This document shows positions 13,368-25,259 of a DNA stretch of 64,000 nt, piece by piece. The stretch lies in assembly GCF_006345805.1 (NCBI RefSeq), contig NC_042998.1:166036001-166100000 (forward strand), written 5' to 3'. A model generated the notes under the pieces. The model saw nothing but the letters and a program-made list of their open reading frames with translations. It was not told the origin of the DNA and did not search any database. Position 1 is the stretch's first letter. Every line of letters begins with the position of its first letter. The translations under genes were made by a program, and so were the position numbers. This stretch comes from Octopus sinensis. Lineage: Eukaryota.

Positions 13368-14392
13368 TTAAATATATATTAGAAATAACTATTAAAAAAT
13401 AAAATAATTAATCCTTTCATTTGATTTCTTGTATAGGCACAGGGCCATCTCTATTTTCATATTGATGCTATTTTTGCATTTTCATATCGCACTATCTCAA
13501 TCCAACCCCTCTAGTTCCATATGAGGATTTTTCCATTATAGGGGGAAAGAGATGTGATTAAGTGTTTTATAACTTATCTTCTTTCTTCTTTAACTTTGAT
13601 TACGTAGTATTTTCAATATTTTCAAATATTCCCATGTAATTTTATCGTATCTAAGTACTTATAAACTACTATGGCAATTTGTTTCAAGATTTTCTTTCCA
13701 ATATATTTTCTTGTGGAATCATTATCAAAATTTCATGCGTTTTTAATCCCAAATTCGAAGTGTGTTAGTATAATATACTCTGCAAACAGCTTCTAGTTAC
13801 CTAAAAATAAATGATTGCTTTTTAACTGCCTACCATGTATTACATAACCGCCTCGTAATACTTTTGGCAGTTATTTTCGTGGTATCTCGTATATCTCGTA
13901 AAAGCAAAATATGTCATCTCAGAAAATATTAATGATATAGCTTGACTTGATAGCATTGAAAGAAACTCATTCAATAATATGCGTACCAAAATACACGCTT
14001 GATACATACTTGACTCTATACATACCAAAAATCGTTGTTTTATTTTATCACTCTAGATAACTATATAAAAATATTCCATTAGCCAAAACTAGGATATCAT
14101 AACACAGATATCTTAAACAATTCTAAGTATCAAATAGTATATGTTATTTGATACTTACAATTTTAAAGATTCATTACTAATTAGTCTTTGAATTTAAAAC
14201 TTTCTGTTGTAATATATCTGTAAATCTAGACTGCTGTAAATTATTATAACTATTGTGCTTTATCAGTGTACCATGTCTTTTAATTCCTGGAGGAAATTTT
14301 CTTGAATTACTACTGATTTTACTTGATTGAGGATCTTGTATTTTCTATTATCAATCATTGTATTATTCAACAGACCTCAGATCCAGAGCGAA

Positions 14393-14401
14393 AGAGAGAG
14401 A

Positions 14402-14447
<46 letters not shown>
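14393..14447. repeat. (GA)n microsatellite
   Basis: Direct reading. Confidence 0.95.
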
Positions 14448-14452
<5 letters not shown>

Positions 14453-15779
14453 TTCCCCTTTTTTATTTCCTCTAGGAAAGATTTTTCTTTTTAAATTTAC
14501 GAACATTGGCGCTCATTGTGGTAGCCACTGAAAAAGGAGAAGTGAAAAAGAGATGGTGGTGAGAAACGCGAGCAACAACACGATTACTGCCAGCCTACTT
14601 CCACCACTTTAGTGTCACTAGCAACAACAGCAAGACTACTGACAGTAGTGAAGGCAACATCCACATCACGCTACCACGAATAATATTAACTCCTCCATCG
14701 TCAACGTTGAAAGACGAGTGACTGCTTGCGCGTAGCTATTGCCGCGAACACCAGTAGCAACGTTAATACTCCACCGTTTCCATCATAATAGTTTCAGCTG
14801 ACACTTTTAAAATAATTACTTGGAAAAAAAATGAGGATATCCAAGGGTCTCCCCACAGTTCATGTAATCTATTAAAACCTCAACCTTTCACATTACCTCA
14901 GCTTCTCGGCATTTTGTCGTCTTTTATCATTTTTAGCTTTTCGTTTCTCCATCACTAATTGCTAATTTCTCAGGATCTAGTTAAACTGATTCACCAAATC
15001 TGCATTTTTTTAAAAGGAAGTAAAAAAAATCTGAAAATCTAACTAGATCCATTTCTCAATTGTCACTTTCTTCTACCTGTTCATTCCTCCTGTCATCCTT
15101 CCTATCACATTTGCAAGTGCCTTAACTCATACCCGTACTAACTTCTCTTAGCTTACGTCCCCTATTTCTTTCCGGCACTACACTTTACTTTCCCTTTTCA
15201 CTTTCCCAACCTCTCCTACAATCGGCGTTACTCTGTTGTCTCTCTGAACTAGACCACAACTATTGTTGCCTGAGATACACCAACATAGTAAACATCTACT
15301 ATCAGTAAAATCATCAGCAGCAGTAGCTTTCTAATAGGGCGGCGAGTTGGCAGAATTGTTAGCACGCCGGACGAAATGCTTAGAAAATACAGGAGGATCA
15401 GTTATTTATGATCTTCTCCAACATATTCCCCTCTCAGATTCCATTAGTTTTTCTAAGCCCTGTAAAAGAACTCGGAAGGTTGGGCTTCCAACCAGGCCTT
15501 TCGCGATACCCTTAAATCTAAGATCTTTTCAGCCTCCCCCCTTCGTAGAAAGGGAAATACTTAAAGACCCTTTGCAGGAACGAGTGGTTTCGTCACTCGT
15601 ACCAAACAAAACGAAACAGTGGAGTGTGATTCCTTTAGAAAGATAGATGAGACGGTAAGAATGAATAGTTCACGTTAATCCCCGCTTATATGGTCCAGCT
15701 GGTGAAGAAGTTTTGGATGAGGGTAGCACTGCAACAAGTGGGTATTGTTGTAATTGATAAGCTTCGGATTTATTTTAAT

Positions 15780-16282
15780 ATTAACGTAAAGTATACTAGC
15801 CATCTCAATATGGCTAACCACTAAGGGTGGGTGTTACTGTAACTTTTAGCCCCAGGAGATCATCGTCTCCAGCTGGCTTTAGGCACACTTTCTGTGCCCT
15901 TATGGTATTTGCAAAGGGAGGTCATCCCTCTCTCGTAAACGAGGTTTCTAGGTATTTGCCTATCTTCGGCGTACGACAATCACCGGTTTACGATGAAGGG
16001 AGACCTGTTTGCAAATACTTATTGTTTTTTTAGTAACTTCCGTCACTGATTTCGAAAAACTGTCTGCAAGCAATAATAAATCTCTGAACGAGATGTAAAT
16101 AGTAACTGCTCGACAACGTAAAGTATAATAGCCATCTCAATATGGCTAACCACTAAGGGTGGGTGTTACTGTAGCTTTTAGCCCCAGGAGATCATCGTCT
16201 CCAGCTGGCTTTAGGCACATTTTCTGTGCCCTTATGGTATTTGCAAAGAGAGGTCATCCATCTCGTTCAGAGATTTATTATT
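15780..16282. repeat. Approximately 155-bp direct repeat pair; second copy bracketed by a 24-bp inverted repeat
   Basis: AACGTAAAGTATA..GCCATCTCAATATGG...GAGGTCATCC at about 15783-15930 and 16116-16258. AATAATAAATCTCTGAACGAGATG (16072-16095) and its reverse complement (16259-16282). Confidence 0.85.
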
Positions 16283-17459
16283 ATTTTAATATTGTATGAC
16301 TGTAAACAAAGAATATTCCAGTTGGTAAAGTACAATATGAGGGAGATTGGATAATTTACTTTCTGGTATACGAAAAGACTTAAAGATCACCGCGAAAACA
16401 ACTTTGATCTAGTTCCAGTGGTGCTTTAATAAATTTTGAACCGTTTAAAGCGTCCGATAGGATTATCCATTGTTATCAAGCTACTTTCTTAAGTGCAGCT
16501 ATTTTTCTGTTCCGTTTTCTCTTCTGTGTACAATGGCTTCTGCTCGAGGGTAAGACTAAATGACCACCGATAGGAACCGTTCCAAATTACACGCTCGGTC
16601 TGTCAAGGGTTCGAGAATGCCTCCTCCCATTACCTATGTGTGCTCTGGTTCATGACTCATTACAATGCTATACTAAGGAGCACTGTGCTTCAATAAGGAT
16701 ATAAGAGCCCTTAGTCATATATACACGGAAGACGTCACCGCTGTGTAAAACATCTCAGAAACTGGCATCATATTGAAAGAATACACTGATAACAGGAGCA
16801 CGCATTAACGAGGACAAACCAGTAGGCTTGCGACTAGACACCAGGAAATTCAAGGTTTAGGTTAACCAACGTCTGTTGCTGGCACGAGGGTCCAGTCAAG
16901 ACTGACTACTCAGACTCATCCGAATATGGGCTAAGAGAATGCTATCCCTGAATGGTCAAGAGGAGGCGGAGAACGCTCACATCATCTCATGATTTACTAT
17001 TGTTTAACTGTTGTGCTTAGTTCCGAGCTGCATCTGTTCAGACTGGAGCGTCTGCGCTTTCGCGTCTGATGGAATATCCATCTTTCGCCAACATCTGTGT
17101 GCTCGTGAGTGTAGTGCTGTGTAATGGTGACTTTAATTGAATGTTACCAATTAAGTAGGATTCCAATATAATCGCACGTAGTGCCTTTATTACCAATATT
17201 TAAAATAACACTGCGAATTGATAGGGTTCGTTAGAGTGTAGGACTTGGTACTTGTTTGGGCTCTCTGCCTTCGGGGTTCGTGTTTCTCTTTCATAATTTT
17301 GTAGTACTCCAAAATGTATATCAAACTTTTCCCAGATTTATGTTATTGCACAGCGAATATTCTGTACATCACTGAGAAATCTTTTCGAAAACTAAATCCC
17401 AACACAAGCTTCTTGAGGGATACGATGACACAGGAAAGAATTAATTACCAAGCAAATCT

Positions 17460-17660
17460 GCGAGAATTGACTTCAAATTTTGGTACAAAGCCAGTAATTT
17501 CGGGGAAGGGGATAAATTGATTACATTGCTCAACTGGTACTTATTTTATTGACCCCGAAAGGATGAAAGGCAATGTCGACCTCGGTGGAATTTGAACTCA
17601 GAACGTAGAGACAGGCACAATGCCGCTAAGTATTTGACCTCACGTGCTAACTATTTTGCC
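17460..17660 (-). mobile_element. tRNA-derived SINE, family C
   Basis: GGTACTTATTTTATTGACCCCGAAAGGATGAAAGGC..GTCGACC..GGAATTTGAACTCAGAAC. The conserved central block resembles (from memory) the MetaSINE domain. Confidence 0.8.
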
Positions 17661-18221
17661 GGTACGTAAAACATGTTTTGTCAAATTATGAGAATTCACT
17701 CTTCTGTACGACTTAACTTATGCAAATAATTCCTGGCAATGAATTTAAAATTTCAATGCATTATTCAATTAGATGTAACAGATGCTTACGTTTTTTCTAT
17801 TCTGAAGATATCGTTGATTAATAAAAGCGTAAAAGAACCAGAAAAATGAATGCCATTGCATAAATTTGGAAGGTGAGTGGAGTTAAAATAGAGGTTATCT
17901 GTGATATTTTCATAAAGAAGTTTGTAGGGTAAATAAGAGTTCATAAAAGAGACATTACATTAGTGGAATTAGGGTAAAACATTGTGAATAAAAGTGGGAA
18001 CTATGATGGTAATTTTATACTGATTATCTTTAGCGTTCAGATAACTGTTAAATATAATGCTTATTTATTATCTCCGCCTTAGCGAAGGCGGAGGTATTGT
18101 TTTTAGTCGTGTTTATTTGTCCATGGACAAGATATCTCAAGAACTGCTGAATGGATTCGAATGAAACTTTCAGGGATGTTTGGCCTCGTGACAGGCACGA
18201 AGTGATTGGATTTTGGGATCT

Positions 18222-19960
18222 GTTTTTTTTATTACCCATAAAGGACCAACATAGAGGGTCATGCATTACATTGGGGACATGCAACAATTACAAAAAATAA
18301 AATAAAAATGAAACGTATGATATAATGAAAGATGAAAAAATGAAAAAAATGAAAATGGTGTTACCTGCTCCATCAAGTAACATCACTTGCTTCCTTTCTC
18401 CTGTTCTCCATTATATTTAAGTTATACCTCTTTTTCATTTCATTAAATTTTTATACTCTGTGGAAGCTTTTCCTTGTCAAAGTCAAGTTTTTCCTTGTCA
18501 AAGCTTTTCCACAGTTCATACTCCCCGTTGTGCCTCTCTATTTCCATCCTTTGCTGTTTTGTTAATAATAGTACCACACCGTCCACTCCGTCCTCATCCT
18601 CTACATCAATATGTACTGTGTTCTCCCATTCAATTGTCTTATCAAACAGATCCTCATCATATATCATACACGCAAAATAGGGAGGGGATATTTGTGAGTC
18701 GTTGTGTGAATGCGATTTTTTCTTTTGTTTTTGTGATGGAGGGGAATGAGAAGGCTCAGTGTCTGCAGAGCGAGGGTGGGACAAAGAGGGTATGGGTGAG
18801 CCTTGGGTAGTTGTTGGGTGAAGTTCCGTGTATATGGGCCTTGTTTTTTTCCTCTTCCTATTCTTTCTTTTTCCCGCCTTTCCCCATTCTTCCTCTTTTT
18901 CTGGAACCATTTCTTCCTCCTCTTGTCCTTCCTGGGGCCTCTCGTGTGTCTTCTCCTTACGGCCCTTCTCCAGTATTTCCTCTATTCTTTTATCCGGTGG
19001 AGGGCACTTCGCTCTTATGTGGCCCTTCTGGCCACATTTGAAACTGTGAGGTATTCTGCCCTCCACCCTTACATTCATTATGGTATCGTATACAGTCACC
19101 GTTTCCACCATTTCTTCTATTGCCTCATTTGAACCTTGAATTATCATATTCAAAACTTGGCTTTTCCAATTCACGCTTTTCATTTTCATTTTCATTTTCG
19201 TGGCCTGGAGCACCGCTATTTTGTCCTCGGTTTCAGCCAAGACAGCAGCCGCTCTCCAGGCCACATCTATCTCTGGTGGGATTCCTTCCACCTTACCCGA
19301 GAAGCTCTCTGTCCCATGTACGTGGGTACATGTACTGACTCTTCGTCCCTTAGAGGTGTTGCCGGGTGTTTTATCGCCGTATTTTTATTTTTGTACCTGA
19401 CTTCGACTTCTCCAAATTTCGCCCCTCTGGCAAGGTATGTTATTTCTTGCCAGACTGGCCTCAGCACCTTCTCTACTTGCTCTGTTGTCATGTGGTCAAT
19501 TTTGCCTTTCTTAACCGAGTAGGCTTTGTACATCACCGTTCTTCTTTTCATTATTTTTGTTGGTTCATGCGGCGTGAGGGAGGGGTGCTTGCGCGTTGTA
19601 ACCGTCCTGTTTTAATAATTTCTTGAATTTGCCTATTTCTATCTCCACATTGTCACCCGACTCTCGGGCGACGTCCGCGAACTTCCTCTTTCTTGCTTCC
19701 AATTCTTGTCCATAACATCAATAGACCTCAACAGTTCTTCCGCTGATGTTGACAACTCCGACCTGCTAAGGTCTGAGTAAAACAAATTCCTTTTGTCAGC
19801 CATCGCTAACTCTCGCTGAGAGAAAGCACGAACAAATTACTGCAAAGCATCACACAACAATCAAAACCTCACAAAAGCAACTCAACAGACAAAAAATACC
19901 AAGAAAAAAAACTACTGCACTCGCACGAACTGGTTAGACTTTTAGCATCAGGTTAGCATC
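18222..19960 (-). mobile_element. ORF1-only (gag-like RRM plus CCHC knuckle) non-LTR retroelement, copy 1
   Basis: Frameshifted ORF: KGKIDHMTTEQVEKVLRPVWQEITYLARGAKFGEVEVRY...EGIPPEIDVAW...GRIPHSFKCGQKGHIRAKCP. 3' end TAATAAAAAAAA; no RT or endonuclease sequence. Confidence 0.75.
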
Positions 19961-21701
19961 TGTTTTTTTTATTACCCATAAAGGACCAACATAGAGGGTC
20001 ATGCATTACATTGGGGACATGCAACAATTACAAAAAATAAAATAAAAATGAAACGTATGATATAATGAAAGATGAAAAAATGAAAAAAATGAAAATGGTG
20101 TTACCTGCTCCATCAAGTAACATCACTTGCTTCCTTTCTCCTGTTCTCCATTATATTTAAGTTATACCTCTTTTTCATTTCATTAAATTTTTATACTCTG
20201 TGGAAGCTTTTCCTTGTCAAAGTCAAGTTTTTCCTTGTCAAAGCTTTTCCACAGTTCATACTCCCCGTTGTGCCTCTCTATTTCCATCCTTTGCTGTTTT
20301 GTTAATAATAGTACCACACCGTCCACTCCGTCCTCATCCTCTACATCAATATGTACTGTGTTCTCCCATTCAATTGTCTTATCAAACAGATCCTCATCAT
20401 ATATCATACACGCAAAATAGGGAGGGGATATTTGTGAGTCGTTGTGTGAATGCGATTTTTTCTTTTGTTTTTGTGATGGAGGGGAATGAGAAGGCTCAGT
20501 GTCTGCAGAGCGAGGGTGGGACAAAGAGGGTATGGGTGAGCCTTGGGTAGTTGTTGGGTGAAGTTCCGTGTATATGGGCCTTGTTTTTTTCCTCTTCCTA
20601 TTCTTTCTTTTTCCCGCCTTTCCCCATTCTTCCTCTTTTTCTGGAACCATTTCTTCCTCCTCTTGTCCTTCCTGGGGCCTCTCGTGTGTCTTCTCCTTAC
20701 GGCCCTTCTCCAGTATTTCCTCTATTCTTTTATCCGGTGGAGGGCACTTCGCTCTTATGTGGCCCTTCTGGCCACATTTGAAACTGTGAGGTATTCTGCC
20801 CTCCACCCTTACATTCATTATGGTATCGTATACAGTCACCGTTTCCACCATTTCTTCTATTGCCTCATTTGAACCTTGAATTATCATATTCAAAACTTGG
20901 CTTTTCCAATTCACGCTTTTCATTTTCATTTTCATTTTCGTGGCCTGGAGCACCGCTATTTTGTCCTCGGTTTCAGCCAAGACAGCAGCCGCTCTCCAGG
21001 CCACATCTATCTCTGGTGGGATTCCTTCCACCTTACCCGAGAAGCTCTCTGTCCCATGTACGTGGGTACATGTACTGACTCTTCGTCCCTTAGAGGTGTT
21101 GCCGGGTGTTTTATCGCCGTATTTTTATTTTTGTACCTGACTTCGACTTCTCCAAATTTCGCCCCTCTGGCAAGGTATGTTATTTCTTGCCAGACTGGCC
21201 TCAGCACCTTCTCTACTTGCTCTGTTGTCATGTGGTCAATTTTGCCTTTCTTAACCGAGTAGGCTTTGTACATCACCGTTCTTCTTTTCATTATTTTTGT
21301 TGGTTCATGCGGCGTGAGGGAGGGGTGCTTGCGCGTTGTAACCGTCCTGTTTTAATAATTTCTTGAATTTGCCTATTTCTATCTCCACATTGTCACCCGA
21401 CTCTCGGGCGACGTCCGCGAACTTCCTCTTTCTTGCTTCCAATTTCTTGTCCATAACATCAATAGACCTCAACAGTTCTTCCGCTGATGTTGACAACTCC
21501 GACCTGCTAAGGTCTGAGTAAAACAAATTCCTTTTGTCAGCCATCGCTAACTCTCGCTGAGAGAAAGCACGAACAAATTACTGCAAAGCATCACACAACA
21601 ATCAAAACCTCACAAAAGCAACTCAACAGACAAAAAATACCAAGAAAAAAAACTACTGCACTCGCACGAACTGGTTAGACTTTTAGCATCAGGTTAGCAT
21701 C
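19961..21701 (-). mobile_element. ORF1-only retroelement, copy 2 (near-identical tandem duplicate of copy 1)
   Basis: Identical ORF translations offset by 1740 bp. One 1-bp indel seen (about 19703 vs 21443), which opens the N-terminal ORF MADKRNLFYSDL in this copy. Confidence 0.8.
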
Positions 21702-22442
21702 TGTTTTTTTTTTATTACCCATGCGGGCCAACATAGAGGGAACAACACAACATGGCCTGGGTCACATACAAACGGATGATATAATAAAATTTTACTAGTA
21801 TAATGAAATCGAATGAGTTGCAACACAATAAATTACAAACAGCAAAATACAAACAACAAATTACAAACAATAATTTACAAGATGAGGTGTTCGAAACAGG
21901 TATGCTTCGACCCCATGAGCCCTGTCTTTAACACCAACTTCCTGTTAAGTATACTTCTTGCTAAGTATACTATGGCGCCCCAAATCGGCCTTAACGCCTT
22001 TTCTACTTGTTCTGTTGTTACGACATCGATTTTTCCTTTACTTATCTAAAATGTTCGATAGCTAATGGTTTTTTTTTCTTTAATTCCGTTTTTTTAATTT
22101 CCTGTTGGGGTGTTGGCTTTACTTTGAACCCATCTCGGTTCATTTTGTTTTTGTGCTTTTCTAGTTCTTCAATGTTTAATCCAGTTTCCTTACGCCTTGC
22201 TGCCTTAGCAAAATTCCTGTTCTCCATCTTTAGTTTATAGTCCATTATATGGACTGCCTCTTGCAACTCCTCTTCGGACGATGATATGTCCGAGAAGGTA
22301 TCACATTCTCCCGCCGTCCTTTACCAGGCTATCCCTCCTTTTACGAGAAGAGAAAGCACAAACAAATATGCGTAAACACCTAAACCGCTGCAAAGCAGTA
22401 CACGACACTCGATATTTTCACAAACGCATTAACTGGTTAGAC
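21702..22442 (-). mobile_element. ORF1-only retroelement, copy 3 (diverged, internally deleted relative)
   Basis: Shares the 5' start GTCTAACCAGTT, the 3' end CCCTCTATGTTGG..ATGGGTAATAAAA and KGKIDVVTTEQVEKALRPIWGAIVYLA with copies 1 and 2. Confidence 0.7.
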
Positions 22443-22629
22443 TTTGGGATCTATCAGTATCGGACAAGGATTCTGGATTATTTTTCCTGCTTTTTTTAAA
22501 AATTCAATTCTTGAGAGCTGTCGGGTTCACTTTTAGTATTTTCATTTGTGAGAGCAGTCGAGTTTATTTCAGATAGTCTCATTTTAAAAATCATCCCTGG
22601 CTAATCGTTGAGAGGTCGTCGGCGTTGTC

Positions 22630-24700
22630 ATTAGAGTTGTTTTTCGGATCATTTGATTCCGAGCTGTGTCAGAAGTGTCTTCACTCCACGTGAGTTTGTT
22701 GTATTGTATTGTTAATTTACTCAGTTGTTGAACTGTTATTAACTGGAATTGTTGAAATTGTTGTTGTTAACTGGCTTTTATTTTTTCTTCCCCATTTATG
22801 GGTGAAGTTATGAATAATACTGTCATAGAAAGTAAACCAACGGGGAGTTACGCTGCGGTGACCGGCAAACGCCTGTCAGTAGAGGTACTGCAGGCCCATA
22901 CAATCGAATTAAAGAAGAGTTTTAAAAAATACAACGGTTTGCTGGAGAAGGAGGGAGAAAGTCTGAGGTTGACGGCTCCTAAAGAAATACTTGAAAAAAA
23001 TGAAAAAATGACAATTATTTATAGAATGTTGAATGTGACAACAAAAAAAAGTTGAAGTAGAGGCGGAGAAAGCGGTAGAGGAATGCCTACGAGTGATAAA
23101 GAATATAACGACATATTACACGAGGGGGAAGAAACACGGCACAGTGGAGGTACGCTTCGTAAGCGAAGAAGAAGCGAGAAAACACTCCACTGTGCCTTTG
23201 AGATCAGCCGAGTGAGCACTGCTACCTACTTACTGTGGCAAATGTGCAGCCAGAGTAAGAATAGGTAGAGTGCCCCCAGAAATTGATGAGGCGTGGCTGG
23301 TGCCGGACCAATTAAGGTTGAGGATAATGGTGGAAGGAAGACCGCCGGTATGTTTTCTTTGTGTAGTAAGGGGACGCATGAAAGCAAGGTGTTCCCAGCA
23401 ACAAGAAATGGAAGTAGAACAAGAGAAGCAGGAAGAGGAAGAGGAACAAAAAGCGGAGGTACAAATGCAAGTAAGTGAAAAAATAGAAAATGTAGGAGAA
23501 AAATATACAGTTGGAAAAAGAAAGAAGAAAACGTTAATTCACCACCCAAAAGTCTACAGAAAAAGAGAAAAGAAAATAGTGAGGAGAATCAATGCGAAAG
23601 ACCAGAGATACCAAATAGGAAAATTACGAAGGAGGAAAGAACTGTGCAGAAAAGAAAGGAGGAGAGAAGAGAGATAGTAACAACAAAGAGTAAGAGAGAT
23701 ACAGAGAAAGATGAGACACCAATACCAGGAACATCAGGAGAGAATAACGACGGAAAACGGGAATTGGTACCAAAAAGAAAACACATTCGGACGATGATAA
23801 ATTATAAAAGGTGTGGAGATTGAGAGAAAGATTACAAAAATGAAAAATATAATTAGTCAAGTTATTGGGGGGGGATGTACCGAGGACGACAGGGCAGTCT
23901 TGTTTGAGAGAGTGAAGGAGAGAGATGTGAAAGGTTAAAGGAACTATTTGGTGAAAAAATTGATATATCGCCGATACAGGTTCGATACGACGAGATGCCA
24001 CCAGTGGTGGCATTTGAGGATATAATACATGTAATATGAAAGTAAGTGAAATATTTAAAATTTCAAAATAATGACGTTTAAAACAAACAAACAAAAAACG
24101 ATGAAATAAACGAATGAACTGTAATGTTAATATATCTATATATATAAAACTGTAGTTGTGTGAGTGTCTGTCCCCTTCGATTTAGATTCCTAACTACTCC
24201 CACATTTTGCGGTGCAGTTTAACCAAAACCGGGTATCTTATAGTCGTGATTCATATCGAGCCCTTCTGGGTATTAGCGCGCGTCTACGATGAGTCTACGA
24301 TTTAAAAAAAAATTTACCATCATTTTTTATTCCATTTTAATGCATTTTTCGCTATTATATAAGGGAAGTAACTCTCTAAAAATGTCTACGATGAGTCAAC
24401 GATTAAAAAAAAAATTACCATAATTTTTTATTCCATTTTTTGCTATTTTTTTGCTATAACTCACTAAAAATGCTTATATAGTTATTTCCCTTACAAACCC
24501 GAGCAACGCCGGGCGATACTGCTAGTGATACATAAACAGTTAAGTGAAACTACCTGCGTGTGAGGGGCATTTCATTTTTCATTATATCATTATATTCATA
24601 ATTTCATTCGTTATATGTTTTATGTACCCCTCTGTGTTGTGTTGTCTGTCCATGTATTGTCCCTACTTCGTAGAGCCAATGTGCTCATAATAAAGAAAAT
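22630..24700 (+). mobile_element. ORF1-only retroelement, copy 4 (more distant relative, opposite orientation, interrupted by a Helitron)
   Basis: SYAAV N-terminal motif, RGKKHGTVEVRFVSEEEA, PTYCGKCAARVRIGRVPPEIDEAW, GRPPVCFLCVVRGRMKARC. The 3' UTR resembles copies 1-3 and ends CATAATAAAGAAAA. Confidence 0.7.
24135..24525 (+). mobile_element. Non-autonomous Helitron inserted A|T in the 3' UTR of copy 4
   Basis: A|TCTATATATATAAAA ... CCCGAGCAACGCCGGG hairpin, CTAG|T; the 5' 250 bp are homologous to about 39180-39428 (minus). Confidence 0.85.
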
Positions 24701-25259
24701 AGGACGTTGCTTTGGCGGAGGTTTGCGCTCTCTGAGTATTCTTGTTCATATTGTTTTGAATCAAACACGCATCGTCTCGAAGCTTTCAGATTTCAATAAT
24801 GTGATTGTTTATTTTTAAACCGATATTGTTAGGTACGAGTGAGAGGTCTGATCTGACAGGTTTGAGCATTAAAGAAGCAGAATATTTTGGGACTGATATG
24901 GCCTGTTTGAAGGAATTAATATAAAAAAGGTGTTGGTGTACTGCGCTAATAAAAGACTACAGTAAAACGAGTCAGGTTAGGCTTTTACAGTTGAAGACGC
25001 ATAGTCAAGTGATTAGGTTGTTGGGCTCACGAGGGTCGTGGTTCGATTCTCGGACTGGTGGGATCTTGAGTAGGACGCTTCGCTTAGTGATTTAGAAACC
25101 GAAACAAATGAAGTCGGCAAAGTTCGGTATAATAAAAACGTAAAATAATATTCAGCAGTACTCAACTAAATTTGGCAATAAAATGAAGCATAAGGTAATT
25201 TTTTAAATTCATTTTGAAACTGAAAGTCGAGCCGATTGACAGGCGTGTCATATGTGATA

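Larger units (their letters stand above)
18064..24746 (+). mobile_element. DINE-1/HINE-like (Helentron-associated) non-autonomous element, split into three pieces (18064-18221, 22443-22629, 24701-24746)
   Basis: 5' hairpin CTCCGCCTT-AGCG-AAGGCGGAG (18072-18093), core GATATCTCAAGAAC..GGATT..ATGAAACTTT, 3' subTIR TTGGCGGAGG plus GCGCTCTCTGAGT stem and CTTGTT end. The pieces join across the insertions. Confidence 0.7.

Noticed and set aside
13380-14370. Possible minus-strand gene (ORF 13840-14028 and neighbours)
   Set aside because: Short frames with stops every few tens of codons, no recognisable motif and no supportable splice pattern.
14460-15330. Promoter or 5' UTR of a second gene next to (GA)n
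   Set aside because: Relatively CpG-rich and non-repetitive by eye, but no associated coding exon or diagnostic motif could be found.
18443-19291. 282-aa ORF as a host zinc-knuckle gene (ZCCHC-like)
   Set aside because: It is the last piece of a frameshifted ORF with a broken knuckle, and it lies in a poly(A)-tailed unit inside a target duplication. Its plus-strand overlapping ORFs are antisense shadows.
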